The notes: generated from the sequence alone by a model not told the origin. A DNA stretch of 49,784 nt from Candidatus Fraserbacteria bacterium (GCA_037443265.1 JBBIOR010000007.1:1-49784); one strand, 5' to 3'. Positions 17,243 to 26,631 are shown, numbered from the stretch's first letter. Translations and numbers: made by a program.

Positions 17243-18328
17243 TTAGAGCTTCTCGATGCCCTCGAAGCCCAGCTTCACAGGCGTCTCGCGCCCGAAGATC
17301 TTGACCATGACTGTGACTTCCTCTTTCTCCTTGTTGATCTCAACGATCTCGCCCGTAAAGTCCGCAAACGGACCTTCGACGATCTCCACGACTTCCCCCA
17401 CCTCGAAGTCCACCTCAATCACTGGGCCTTCGCGCTTGGGCGTAGGAGTCTCCAAGAAGCCAGCCTTGCGCTTGACGACTTTCATCTCTTCCTCCGGGAC
17501 CGGAAGAGGCGGATTGCCCACGAAGCGGGCCTTCAACCCACTGACCAGTCCTAACACCTCCTCGCTCATCTCCAGCCGGGCGAAGACGTAGCCGGGGAAG
17601 AGTCTGCGTTTTTCAATGCGCTGGATCGTGATCACGCGCTTGTCTTTGTACTCTTTGACCTTGACCATGCCTGAGGCCTTGGACTCGATGCGATCTTCTT
17701 TTTCTAGCAGATCACCCTTCTTGAGCGGCAGGCCCTCCTTGAGCTTGACCAGATATCTTTCGGGGATCTCTTCGATGACCCGCTCGCCGTCTGGTTTTTC
17801 TAATGTGATGCGCTTGACGCGCGAGCGCTCAACCACTTTACCCTTCACTTTCGTGAAGAAGTGCGGGTCGCGATCACTCGTCAGCGGCACGTTCGCCGGC
17901 ACTTTCTCGCCTACGCGAATGTCCCGACGGATGCGCTTCTCCTCCGGGATTTTGTAGATTTCTTCATTGCGATTCGTCAGCTCAATGATCACCCGCTGGA
18001 AGGTCTCTAGGCCCACGACCTTCGCATCGTACTCGAGAGTCCGCTCCGGCTTGATCGCGAGGACCTCCCCCCGATTGATCCTTTGGTTCGGCTCGATGAC
18101 CAGATTATAATTGTATGGAATGCGATACTCCGCCGTGCGACCTCGCCGGCTCTTGGAGGTGATCACCTCCTCCACGGGGGCAAGGAAGTAGCTCTCCTCC
18201 CCGTTTAGGCGAAAACTCTCAAAGCGATCCGTAAGCCCCAGCTGCCGGACCCTCTTCTCCAGCTCCTCTTTGATCTTGAGCTCGCTTCCCGCGTAGGTCT
18301 GAATCGCGTACCACTTCTTCATATCCAT
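17243..18328 (-). CDS. nusG: Transcription elongation factor NusG with a large insertion
   Basis: KWYAIQTYAGSE, LFPGYVF, KOW motif GPFADFTG, IFGRETPV; 361 aa. Confidence 0.93.
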   Translation of the reverse strand: MDMKKWYAIQTYAGSELKIKEELEKRVRQLGLTDRFESFRLNGEESYFLAPVEEVITSKSRRGRTAEYRIPYNYNLVIEPNQRINRGEVLAIKPERTLEYDAKVVGLETFQRVIIELTNRNEEIYKIPEEKRIRRDIRVGEKVPANVPLTSDRDPHFFTKVKGKVVERSRVKRITLEKPDGERVIEEIPERYLVKLKEGLPLKKGDLLEKEDRIESKASGMVKVKEYKDKRVITIQRIEKRRLFPGYVFARLEMSEEVLGLVSGLKARFVGNPPLPVPEEEMKVVKRKAGFLETPTPKREGPVIEVDFEVGEVVEIVEGPFADFTGEIVEINKEKEEVTVMVKIFGRETPVKLGFEGIEKL

Positions 18329-18337
18329 CCCTTGAGT

Positions 18338-18532
18338 CTAGCTGCGTGCACCCAGCAGATATCGAATGACCTGAGAGAAGACCAGATCATAGAAGAAGAT
18401 GATCCCGGTGAGCACCACGATCATGGCAATCACCAGGGCCGTAAGCACCACTGTCTCTAGCCGGTTGGGCCAGGTGATCTTGGAGAACTCCGTCCGCACC
18501 TCGCGGACGAATTGAACCACTCGTTCGATCAT
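18338..18532 (-). CDS. secE: Preprotein translocase subunit SecE
   Basis: FVREVRTEFSKITWP plus one TM helix; lies between tRNA-Trp and nusG. Confidence 0.93.
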   Translation of the reverse strand: MIERVVQFVREVRTEFSKITWPNRLETVVLTALVIAMIVVLTGIIFFYDLVFSQVIRYLLGARS

Positions 18533-18551
18533 CTTCTTCGCTTCTCCGGGG

Positions 18552-18624
18552 CAGGCCCGGGAGGAGTTGAACCCCCAACCTGCGGATTTGGAGTCCGCTG
18601 CTCTGCCAATTGAGCTACGGGCCT
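18552..18624 (-). tRNA. tRNA-Trp(CCA)
   Basis: AGGCCCG acceptor stem, GCGGA-CT-CCA-AA-TCCGC anticodon arm, TTCAA T-loop; 3' CCA not encoded. Confidence 0.95.
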
Positions 18625-18670
18625 GTATCTTCTACTTTACGCGTGCCCATGCCTCTCTGCAAGGCCAGCG

Positions 18671-18817
18671 TCAGACTTCCTTGTGGACGGTGTGCTTGCG
18701 GCACCACTTGCAATATTTGCGCAGTTCCAGCTTGGAGCGCACCGTCTTGGGGTTCTTCGTCGTGTGGTAGTTTCTGCGGCGGCACTCGGTACAAGCTAGC
18801 GTCACATGCTCTCCCAT
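18671..18817 (-). CDS. rpmG: 50S ribosomal protein L33 (zinc-binding type)
   Basis: Hand translation [48 protein letters not shown] (48 aa, below the ORF cutoff); two CxxC motifs. Confidence 0.96.
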   Translation of the reverse strand: MGEHVTLACTECRRRNYHTTKNPKTVRSKLELRKYCKWCRKHTVHKEV

Positions 18818-18826
18818 GGCCTCTCC

Positions 18827-20026
18827 TTATTCGATGATCTTGGTGACGACTCCTGCGCCGACGGTCCGGCCTCCCTCACGGATGGCAAATCGGAGGCCCT
18901 CTTCCATGGCGATGTGCTTAATTAACTCCCCGGTGATGCGCACGTTGTCGCCAGGCATCACCATCTCGACGCCATTGGGGAGCGCGATCGTGCCGGTCAC
19001 ATCCGTGGTGCGGAAGTAGAACTGGGGTTTATAGCCCGAGAAGAAGGGCGTGTGGCGCCCGCCTTCGTCCTTGGAGAGCACGTAGACCTCGGCCTCAAAT
19101 TTCGTATGCGGAGTGATCGAGCCGGGGGCGGCCAAGACCATACCGCGCTCCACATCTTCCTTTTCGATGCCGCGCAGAAGCACCCCGACGTTGTCTCCGG
19201 CGATCACCTCATCGAGGGTCTTGTTAAACATCTCCAGGCTGGTGGCCACGGTCTTGATGGGCTTCTCGCGCAGACCCACCAGCTCGACTTCTTGGCCCGG
19301 CAAGAGCCGACCGCGATCGACCTTGCCCGTCACCACCGTACCGCGCCCCTTAATCGAGAAGACGTCCTCGATGGGCATGAGGAACGGCTTATCGACTTCG
19401 CGCTTGGGCTCGGGGATGTACTCATCGAGGGCCTTGAGCAGATCATGAATGGGCTGAGTAGCCTGAGGGTCGTTGGGGTTCTCCAGGGCTCGTTTGGCCG
19501 AGCCGCGGATGACCGGCACCTTGTCGCCCGGGAACTCGTATTTGCTCAGAAGATCCCGCACTTCAATCTCCACCAGATCGACGAGTTCTGGATCATCGAC
19601 CAAGTCGACTTTATTGAGGAAGACGACGAGGGAGGGCACGTTCACCTGGCGGGCCAAAAGCACGTGCTCCCGGGTCTGGGGCATGGGGCCGTCGGCCGCG
19701 TCCACCACCAGAATCGCTCCGTCCATCTGGGCCGCTCCTGTGATCATGTTCTTCACATAATCGACGTGGCCGGGGCAGTCGATGTGGGCATAGTGGCGCC
19801 TCTCCGTCTCGTACTCCACGTGGGCGACTGCCACGGTGAGAATCTTTGAGGCATCGCGGACCACACCGCCCTTGGCGATCTCGGCATAGGACTTCTCCTT
19901 GGCCATGCCCTTCTGGGCCAAGACTTTGGTGATGGCCGAAGTGAGCGTGGTCTTGCCGTGGTCGATGTGGCCGATGGTGCCCACGTTGATATGCGGCTTG
20001 GTCCGCTCAAACTTCGCTTTCGCCAT
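18827..20026 (-). CDS. tuf: Elongation factor Tu
   Basis: [42 protein letters not shown] at 20026 after AGGAGG. Confidence 0.98.
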   Translation of the reverse strand: MAKAKFERTKPHINVGTIGHIDHGKTTLTSAITKVLAQKGMAKEKSYAEIAKGGVVRDASKILTVAVAHVEYETERRHYAHIDCPGHVDYVKNMITGAAQMDGAILVVDAADGPMPQTREHVLLARQVNVPSLVVFLNKVDLVDDPELVDLVEIEVRDLLSKYEFPGDKVPVIRGSAKRALENPNDPQATQPIHDLLKALDEYIPEPKREVDKPFLMPIEDVFSIKGRGTVVTGKVDRGRLLPGQEVELVGLREKPIKTVATSLEMFNKTLDEVIAGDNVGVLLRGIEKEDVERGMVLAAPGSITPHTKFEAEVYVLSKDEGGRHTPFFSGYKPQFYFRTTDVTGTIALPNGVEMVMPGDNVRITGELIKHIAMEEGLRFAIREGGRTVGAGVVTKIIE

Positions 20027-20090
20027 ACAAACCCTCCTTGAAGAATTGATGGAGCGATCAGCTCTCAGCCGGGGCTGATCTTGATCCAAG

Positions 20091-20162
20091 AGCCCGCGGC
20101 CGGGATCGAACCGGCGGCCTTTTCCTTACCAAGGAAACGCTCTACCACTGAGCTACACGGGC
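20091..20162 (-). tRNA. tRNA-Thr(GGT)
   Basis: TTTCC-TT-GGT-AA-GGAAA anticodon arm, GGTTCGATCC T arm. An upstream TTGCCG-N17-TATAAT promoter is also visible. Confidence 0.95.
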
Positions 20163-20207
20163 GCGATCTGGTGATTATAGCGGAAAATTTCCCCGCCGGC
20201 AAGCAGG

Positions 20208-20290
20208 TGGAGGGGGAGGGATTCGAACCCCCGAAGGCTTCAGCCACGTGGTTTACAGCCACGCCCGGTTGACCACTTCGGTACCCCTCC
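20208..20290 (-). tRNA. tRNA-Tyr(GTA)
   Basis: GGAGGGG/CCCCTCC acceptor stem, CGTGG-CT-GTA-AA-CCACG anticodon arm, long variable arm. Confidence 0.95.
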
Positions 20291-20293
20291 AGG

Positions 20294-20365
20294 AGCCGGC
20301 GGGAGGATTCGAACCCCCGACCCACGGTTTACAAAACCGCTGCTCTGCCCCTGAGCTACGCCGGC
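20294..20365 (-). tRNA. tRNA-Thr(TGT)
   Basis: GCCGGCG acceptor stem, GCGGT-TT-TGT-AA-ACCGT anticodon arm, GGTTCGAATCC. Confidence 0.95.
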
Positions 20366-20381
20366 TCGGCTTCCCCGGGGC

Positions 20382-20410
20382 ATGCTATCGAGCCGGAAGC
20401 CCCTTGTCAA
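20382..20410 (-). promoter_or_regulatory. Promoter of the tRNA-tuf cluster
   Basis: TTGACA-N17-TAGCAT followed by a GC-rich discriminator. Confidence 0.75.
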
Positions 20411-20420
20411 GGCCTCGGCA

Positions 20421-20597
20421 CTACTTGCCTTGGCCCTTGTCCTTCCTCTCCTCGCGCTCCACGTATTCCAGGATGGCCTGGACGACCAGATAATTGACGG
20501 AGCGATCCCGCTTCTTAGCCAGCTTCGTCAGCCGCTCAATCGGCTGATATTGCCGCTTGTCCTGCGGGACGTAGATGCTGAGCTTGTCCATCGGCAT
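20421..20597 (-). CDS. Small ribbon-helix-helix (Arc/CopG-like) DNA-binding protein, 58 aa
   Basis: Hand translation MPMDKLSIYVPQDKRQYQPIERLTKLAKKRDRSVNYLVVQAILEYVEREERKDKGQGK; SD AAGGAGGTGA; promoter TTGATG-N17-TATAGT at 20668-20696. Absent from the ORF track. Confidence 0.85.
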   Translation of the reverse strand: MPMDKLSIYVPQDKRQYQPIERLTKLAKKRDRSVNYLVVQAILEYVEREERKDKGQGK

Positions 20598-20975
20598 CAC
20601 GCGGCTTCACCTCCTTTTTAATGCCGCCACTCATCCCAACCTGATCGAGTTGGGGGGTGCAGAGTGTACTATACCGCAAGAAGAGAGGAACATCAAGTTG
20701 CCTTTGTTCCGTGAGGAGTCTTTCGCTTGCCTCTGAATAGCTTTGATGTCCTTGCCTGATCACCGGAGTGTAAGATCCAATGGTCTCCAGCCCCGCTCGT
20801 TCCACAAACCATCCATCTTGATTCCATGAAATCCCTATTAATTATATTGGCCCTAGATACGTTACAGATACTCGAGAGCTCTGCTTGGCCTACGCGCCTT
20901 CCGTCGAGCCTTCTTGCCCCTATGAATATATTCTAGCCTTGACTCGATTGCAAGATCTGAGGGCCGCTTTTGTCT

Positions 20976-21524
20976 TCATGACAGATGCCTCAACGCTTGT
21001 AGAATCTTCTCCAGAGCTTCGTCGGGAGGGCCATCGTTCTCGACGATGAAATCGGCCTCGAGATAGTACGGCTCGCGGGAGAGGAGCAGCTGCCGGAGCA
21101 GGCGGAGTCGCTCCTTAAGATCCGCCACCTGCAGCAGGGGCCGCTCGGGGTGAGAGGGCAGCCTAGCCAAGCCCGTCTCCGGCCTGATCTTCAAATAGAT
21201 GGAGTATCCCGTGGCCCGGATGATCCGGCGATTCTCTGCGCGCAACACGGCTCCCCCTCCGAGGGCGACCACCCAACCCCGGCCCTGGCTCACTTCCAGA
21301 AGAGAGGCCGTCTCCAGATCGCGAAAATGGGCCTCGCCCCGCTCGCGGAAGATCTCCGCAATGGAGGAGCCAGCGCGCAGCTCGATCCACTCGTCCGTAT
21401 CGACAAAGGGGCGCTTGAGCTCCTCCGCCAAGAGTCTCCCCAGCGTGCTCTTGCCTGAGCCCATCATGCCGATAAGATAAATATTCGCCTCTTTGAACGA
21501 TCGGCGAGGGAATGCTCGCTCCAT
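20976..21524 (-). CDS. aroK: Shikimate kinase
   Basis: GMMGSGKS P-loop, FVDTD, GEAHFRDLE, GGG, RPLL. Confidence 0.95.
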   Translation of the reverse strand: MERAFPRRSFKEANIYLIGMMGSGKSTLGRLLAEELKRPFVDTDEWIELRAGSSIAEIFRERGEAHFRDLETASLLEVSQGRGWVVALGGGAVLRAENRRIIRATGYSIYLKIRPETGLARLPSHPERPLLQVADLKERLRLLRQLLLSREPYYLEADFIVENDGPPDEALEKILQALRHLS

Positions 21525-21604
21525 CCCAAGGCCATCTTATGGGAGGGAGGAGTTCAGATCAAGCCCCGTATCACATCGTTCCCGTCAACCCGAAGATGGA
21601 AGTA

Positions 21605-22414
21605 TCAAGAAGGCGTCAGCCAGCTCGTCTCAGGTCTTGTGTTCGCTTTCAGCTGCTGTACAAAGTTTTTCAATGCTTCTGGAGAAATGCCGGCGGCGAT
21701 GCGCTCGATAAGGGCGCTCTCGACCAGCACGCCCTGCGCCCCGGCTTGTAGGAGCGAGCGGACCTGCGTAGCCTCTGGAACCTCAAGCTCCACGGCCAGC
21801 GGAAGCTCGGGAGGAAGCAGTGAGCGGAAGCGCTGGACCAGAGCCTCCGGCTGCGCTCTCAGGGGCCCTTCGGCCATCCCGTAGCGCAACAGGGCTAAAA
21901 AACCCGTGGTCGCCTGCGCGCTCGCCCTTACGCGTTCCTCATCCGTCTCGGGCGTGACGGAGAAGATCGTGTCCACTTGATATCTGCGTGCCTGAGCCAG
22001 AAACGAAACGGCCTCCTCCACAGGGAGATCCCGCAGGAAGATCCCATCCACGCCTGCCTCGGAACAGCGCTTCAAAAATGCCTCCTCTCCGCTGGCCAGC
22101 ACCGGGTTGTAATGCGTCACCAGGGCGATGGGACTCTGAGTCTCTCGGCGAAGCTCCTTGACCAGATCGAAGATCGCAGAGAGCGTAGTCCCTGAGCTGA
22201 GAGCTCGCCCTGAGGCGGCGCGAACGGTCGATCTCTCTGCCAAAGGATCAGAAAAGGGTATGCCAAGCTGCAAGAGAGCGATGCCTCCGGCGAGCAGCGC
22301 ACGGGCGTATTCCCGGCTCCTAGTGAGATCTGGGTCTCCGGCAATTATGCTGCCAATGAGGGTGCCTTCGCCTCGAGCCAAAAGCTCTTTAAGTTGGCCA
22401 GCGGTTCGACTCAT
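21605..22414 (-). CDS. trpA: Tryptophan synthase alpha-like protein with a degenerate active site
   Basis: [25 protein letters not shown]; catalytic Glu/Asp and phosphate-binding Gly motifs are substituted. ATG at 22414. Confidence 0.85.
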   Translation of the reverse strand: MSRTAGQLKELLARGEGTLIGSIIAGDPDLTRSREYARALLAGGIALLQLGIPFSDPLAERSTVRAASGRALSSGTTLSAIFDLVKELRRETQSPIALVTHYNPVLASGEEAFLKRCSEAGVDGIFLRDLPVEEAVSFLAQARRYQVDTIFSVTPETDEERVRASAQATTGFLALLRYGMAEGPLRAQPEALVQRFRSLLPPELPLAVELEVPEATQVRSLLQAGAQGVLVESALIERIAAGISPEALKNFVQQLKANTRPETSWLTPS

Positions 22415-23615
22415 GGTAGGGAAGGACCGTCTCGAGGTCTTTCTCGCCGCAGCCGGATAGGGTGACCACAATCAAGCCATCTCGCCCCATCGAGCGGGCC
22501 TGCTCGATGGCCGCATAGATGGCATGCGCAGGCTCGAGTGCCGGCATGATCCCCTCCAGCTGTGAGAGCCTGCGAAAGCCCTCCAGAGCCTGCTCGTCCG
22601 TCACTGTGATATATTCTGCGCGCTGGCACTGATGATAGAACGCATGTTCTGGTCCCACGGCCGGATAGGCGAGGCCCGCGGCGATGCTGTGCGTCTGTTT
22701 CACTTGGCCCCACTCGTCTTGCCACACGTATGTTTTGGCTCCGTAAAGCACCCCCACTTGGCCATGGCTTATAGATGCCGCGTGGCCGTGGGCTGAGCCT
22801 CCGGCCTGCACGCCCAGGAGTTTCACCCCATCATCATCGACAAAGGGGTAGAACGTGCCGCTGGCGTGGCTGCCTCCTCCGACGCAGGCGATGAGCAGAT
22901 CCGGCAGGCGTCGCTCTTTTCTTAAGATCTGCCCCTTGATCTCGTCGCCGATCACTCGTTGGAAGCCTCGTACTATCATCGGGTAGGGATGGGGGCCGAG
23001 GGCAGAGCCGATCACATAGTGGGTCGTGCGCCAGCTTGTAGCCCAATCCAGAAAGGCTTCGTTGATGGCGTCTTTTAGGGTGCCTACGGGGTGGACTTTC
23101 GCGCCCAGAAGCTTCAGGCGAAAGACGTTCATCTTCTGGCGCTCGATGTCGGCTTCGCTCAGGTAGATCTCCGTCTCCAATCCCAAAAGGGCGCCGGCCA
23201 TGGCGGTGGCCAGGCCCTGTGGGCCAGCTCCGGCTTCGGTGATCAGGCGTTTCTTACCCATCTGTTTGGCCAGGAGCGCTTGGCCGAGGGCGTTATTGAG
23301 CTTGTGAGTGCCTCCGGGGAGGAGATCTTCGCGTTTGAGATAGATTCTGGCTCCTCCGGCCCATTCCGTCAAGCGGCGGGCGAAGTAGAGCGGCGTGGGT
23401 CGCCCGGCATAATCTGCCCAGAGTTGCCGAAGCTCACCCTCAAACTGCTTATCCGAGCGGGCGGCCCGAAAGGCTTCTTCCAATTCGCGCAGCGCCGGAA
23501 GGAGGATCTCTGGCACAAAGCGGCCGCCGAAGGGGCCGAAGTGGCCCTCCTTTGGCCAGTCGCTCAGCTTCTTAGGCTTTGCTCGTTCCTCCTGGGCTTT
23601 GATCAGACGGGACAT
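22389..23615 (-). CDS. trpB: Tryptophan synthase beta chain (divergent)
   Basis: [30 protein letters not shown] (PLP Lys), GPHPYP, ACVGGGS. Confidence 0.9.
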   Translation of the reverse strand: MSRLIKAQEERAKPKKLSDWPKEGHFGPFGGRFVPEILLPALRELEEAFRAARSDKQFEGELRQLWADYAGRPTPLYFARRLTEWAGGARIYLKREDLLPGGTHKLNNALGQALLAKQMGKKRLITEAGAGPQGLATAMAGALLGLETEIYLSEADIERQKMNVFRLKLLGAKVHPVGTLKDAINEAFLDWATSWRTTHYVIGSALGPHPYPMIVRGFQRVIGDEIKGQILRKERRLPDLLIACVGGGSHASGTFYPFVDDDGVKLLGVQAGGSAHGHAASISHGQVGVLYGAKTYVWQDEWGQVKQTHSIAAGLAYPAVGPEHAFYHQCQRAEYITVTDEQALEGFRRLSQLEGIMPALEPAHAIYAAIEQARSMGRDGLIVVTLSGCGEKDLETVLPYHESNRWPT

Positions 23616-23626
23616 GGCACACGATC

Positions 23627-23655
23627 ATCTTAAGGGAGTGAATTTGTGACTTCAA
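23627..23655 (-). promoter_or_regulatory. Putative trpB promoter with a very short leader
   Basis: TTGAAG-N17-TAAGAT, 11 nt upstream of the ATG. Confidence 0.55.
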
Positions 23656-23667
23656 CTGTTAAGGCAT

Positions 23668-24855
23668 CTAAGCCGGGATCGTGAGGCTCTCCAGAGCTCG
23701 GGGATAGTAGGTGATCAGCTCGACGCCCTCCTCCGTGATCAAGATCGTGTCGCTGTGACGGAAGCCCGCCTTCCCAGGGATATACAAGCCGGGCTCGATG
23801 CTATAGACTTGCCCCGGCTGCATCTCCTCTTGGCTGTTGCGGTCGATAAAAGGAGCCTCATGCGGCTCAAAGCCCAAATGATGACCCGTGTGATGCTGCG
23901 CATACTGCGTCACGCCGTATCTCTCAAACACATCCCAAGCGGCCTGATCGACTCTTGAGAGTGGGACTCCTGGCCCGGCGGCCTCAATGGCTGCCGTCTG
24001 AGCCTCGAGCATGATCTCAAAATATCTTCTCTGCTCGGGCGTAGGCTTCCCCACGATGAGCGTGCGCTCCAGCTCGCTGGCATACCCCCAGATGTGCCCT
24101 GTGGCCCCCGTGATGAGCACATCGCCCTCCTCAATTTTTCTATTCCAGCTCATGGAGTGCGGCAGGGCCGTGTTCGGCCCTGTGATGAAGCCAGCGTGAC
24201 ACGGCCAGCCACCCCTCGAAAAGCCGCCATACTCCGGCCCGAGTGCTTGGAGCATCTCGCGGCTGGCCTCATAGGAAGCTCTGAGCGAGACCTCGATCTC
24301 GCTCGCCCCCACTCGGGTAGACTCTTGCAGTTTAGCATGAGCGAGATTACCCCAGACGGCCGTCTCTTTGATGATCTCTATCTCCTCGGGAGATTTTATA
24401 CGCCACAGCTCCTCGATGAAGCGTGTGACTTTGATTTCCGCATCGGGAAGCACCTCGGAGAGCTTTGGGCCTTGATAGCCCCACAGGGCAGGATAGCCGT
24501 CGCCGTCGGCCAGAAGTCTTTGAGCGAGACCCTTCTTCGTAAGCCGCTCAGCGAAGATTTTGAGCGGCGGCTCCGCGCCGGGATACTCGAAATAGCTCCA
24601 GACCTCGCCGATCAGAGGCTCATGTTCCGTAGCGTCTTGCTCGAGCCTGGGTACAAACATGATGAGTTTTCCATTGGCACTGGCAGGAATGACGAGGGCC
24701 ATGGGCCGCTCCGTCGCTACAAAGTGATAGCCCACAAGATACGCGATGCGCTTTGCGCCAAAGACGATGAGTGCTTGAGCCCCCTCTCGCTCGAGCTCTG
24801 CGCGCACGCGGGCGATGCGTCTTGCGTATTCTGCTTGGCTGATGCGGAGCCTCAT
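23668..24855 (-). CDS. M24-family Xaa-Pro peptidase-like protein
   Basis: IKSPEEI, ALPH, HHTGHHLGFEPHEAP, SIEPGLYIPG, FRHSDT. Confidence 0.88.
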   Translation of the reverse strand: MRLRISQAEYARRIARVRAELEREGAQALIVFGAKRIAYLVGYHFVATERPMALVIPASANGKLIMFVPRLEQDATEHEPLIGEVWSYFEYPGAEPPLKIFAERLTKKGLAQRLLADGDGYPALWGYQGPKLSEVLPDAEIKVTRFIEELWRIKSPEEIEIIKETAVWGNLAHAKLQESTRVGASEIEVSLRASYEASREMLQALGPEYGGFSRGGWPCHAGFITGPNTALPHSMSWNRKIEEGDVLITGATGHIWGYASELERTLIVGKPTPEQRRYFEIMLEAQTAAIEAAGPGVPLSRVDQAAWDVFERYGVTQYAQHHTGHHLGFEPHEAPFIDRNSQEEMQPGQVYSIEPGLYIPGKAGFRHSDTILITEEGVELITYYPRALESLTIPA

Positions 24856-24951
24856 GAGACCTCCATGATGATTCAGGGGTTAGTTTGCATTATAGAAGAG
24901 CAGCGGGTAAATTTCTATTTCGAGCGTTGCGAGAAACAGCGAAGCTCTATC

Positions 24952-25698
24952 ATGGAAGAGAAGCTCTATCAGCTCGCTCGCTGGATCGAAGAGGCGCGCT
25001 ATGCCGTGGCACTGACGGGGGCCGGAGTCTCCACAGAATCGGGCATCCCTGATTTTAGAAGCCCCCAAAGCGGCCTCTGGCAGATCGTCGATCCCTTCAA
25101 AGTCGCCTCCCTCGAGGGCTTCTTAAATGATCCCGTGGGATTCTATGATTTTTGGAGATGGCGCTTCTCGAAGCTGAAGGAAGCTCAGCCCAACATCACC
25201 CATCGCCTCTTGGCCGGGCTCGAGGTCCGGGGAAAGCTTAGAGCCATCATCACCCAGAACATCGACGATCTCCACAGGAAGGCGGGCTCAAAGCGTGTGC
25301 TCGAAGTCCACGGCAACTACACCCGCGGGCTGTGCCTGGAGTGCCGCACGCCCTACCCGATCGAAGAACTGCTGAAGAAGGCCGAGCAGGAGGGCTTTCC
25401 CCGCTGCGATCGCTGCCGTGGGCTGCTCAAGCCCGATGTCGTGCTCTTTGGAGAGCTGCTTCCTCCGGCGTTCGCTGAGAGCGAAGCCGAAGTCCATCGA
25501 GCGGATCTCTTGCTCGTCCTGGGCTCTTCTTTGGAGGTCTACCCCGTGGCCGGACTCGTCCCCCAAGCGAAAGAAAGCGGAGCGAAAGTGGCCATCCTCA
25601 ATCGAGAAGAGACTCCCTTCGATCGCTTGGCTGACATTGCCATCCACAGCGACTTGGGGTCAGCCATGTGTCGCCTGAGCGAACTTTTATTCTGTTAG
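24952..25698 (+). CDS. cobB: NAD-dependent protein deacylase (sirtuin)
   Basis: TGAGVSTESGIPDFRS, TQNIDDLH, HG, two CxxC motifs, KPDVVLFGE, GSSL; true start at 24952. Confidence 0.94.
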   Translation: MEEKLYQLARWIEEARYAVALTGAGVSTESGIPDFRSPQSGLWQIVDPFKVASLEGFLNDPVGFYDFWRWRFSKLKEAQPNITHRLLAGLEVRGKLRAIITQNIDDLHRKAGSKRVLEVHGNYTRGLCLECRTPYPIEELLKKAEQEGFPRCDRCRGLLKPDVVLFGELLPPAFAESEAEVHRADLLLVLGSSLEVYPVAGLVPQAKESGAKVAILNREETPFDRLADIAIHSDLGSAMCRLSELLFC

Positions 25699-26631
25699 CG
25701 GCCGCCTACGGCCTCGATCAGACGCTTGGATTCCATGATGTCTAACAGCTTCAAATAATCTGACTCTGTAGAGAGTACCAGCGTGCTCTTCTCAGAAAGG
25801 GCCTTCTTATACGATTCGAGGGTGCGCCAGAAGAGGAAGAAGTTCGGATCTCGATTGTACGCCTCGGCGTAGATCTGAAGGGCTTGCGCGTCCCCATCGC
25901 CCTTGAGCTCTTCGGAGCGCTTGCGCGCTTCGGCCAAGATGATCTGCACCCTGCGCTCGGCTTCTTGTCCCCTTCCGCGCGATAGCGCTGCGCAATTTGC
26001 TTTCTTTCGCTGATCATGCGCTGGTAGACAGCTTGCTCATTGGCCTCGGGTAGATCCGCCCGCTTGATGCGCACGTCCACGACCTCGATCTCTCCTTGCG
26101 CTTCTCGGTGAGGGCCTCGTCGACGCCGCGGGTGGCGACCTTCTCGCGGATGGCGGCCTGGGCCGCCTCACGGATGACCGTGCGATAGTCCTCCACTTCA
26201 AACGCAAACTTCTCCGGGTTGATCACGTCGTACTGCACGATGGTCTCGACCCTGATGATGTTAAAATCGCCCGTGAGCATTAGGGCTTCTTCCTCCCGCC
26301 CGGGGAATTGCGTGCTGGGGAGGCTAGGCCGGCTCCGGAATCCCAGCTCCTCAGTGCGCACCGAGCGCTGATCGATGACGACCACACTCTCGATGGGCCA
26401 GGGCAGTCTATAGTGGAAGCCCGGCCCGTTGGCCTGCACGAATTTCCCGAAGCGCTTGACCAGTCCCACTTCGTATGGACCTACAGTGTAGATGCCGCTC
26501 AGCAGCCAAGCCCCTAGGATCACGAGAAGGATGATCCAGCCCACCCCGCCGCTTAGGCGACCCCACTGCCTTCGTCCCCACTCCTGCCACTCCCTGGGGA
26601 ACTCTTCATCTAAATCTAAGGGTCCGCGCAT
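25695..26631 (-). pseudogene. Disrupted hflK/hflC: HflK N-terminal half joined out of frame to the HflC C-terminal half
   Basis: HflK-like MLTGDFNII up to about 26095, then HflC-like IEVVDVRIKRADLP..RMISER in another frame, then a second break near 25965 before IYAEAYNRDPNFFLFWRTLESY. Confidence 0.75.

Noticed and set aside
20790..20880. Possible replication origin (AT-rich patch, TTCCACA)
   Set aside because: Only one degenerate DnaA-box-like word, no box cluster and no dnaA/dnaN nearby.
20880..20925. GGGGCAAGAAGGCTCGACGG on the minus strand, resembling a tmRNA 5' end
   Set aside because: No matching T-arm or acceptor 3' end at the expected distance and no tag reading frame.
24094..24951. 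534-aa extended sirtuin suggesting a fusion
   Set aside because: The extension is the antisense shadow of the M24 peptidase; sirtuin motifs begin after the ATG at 24952.
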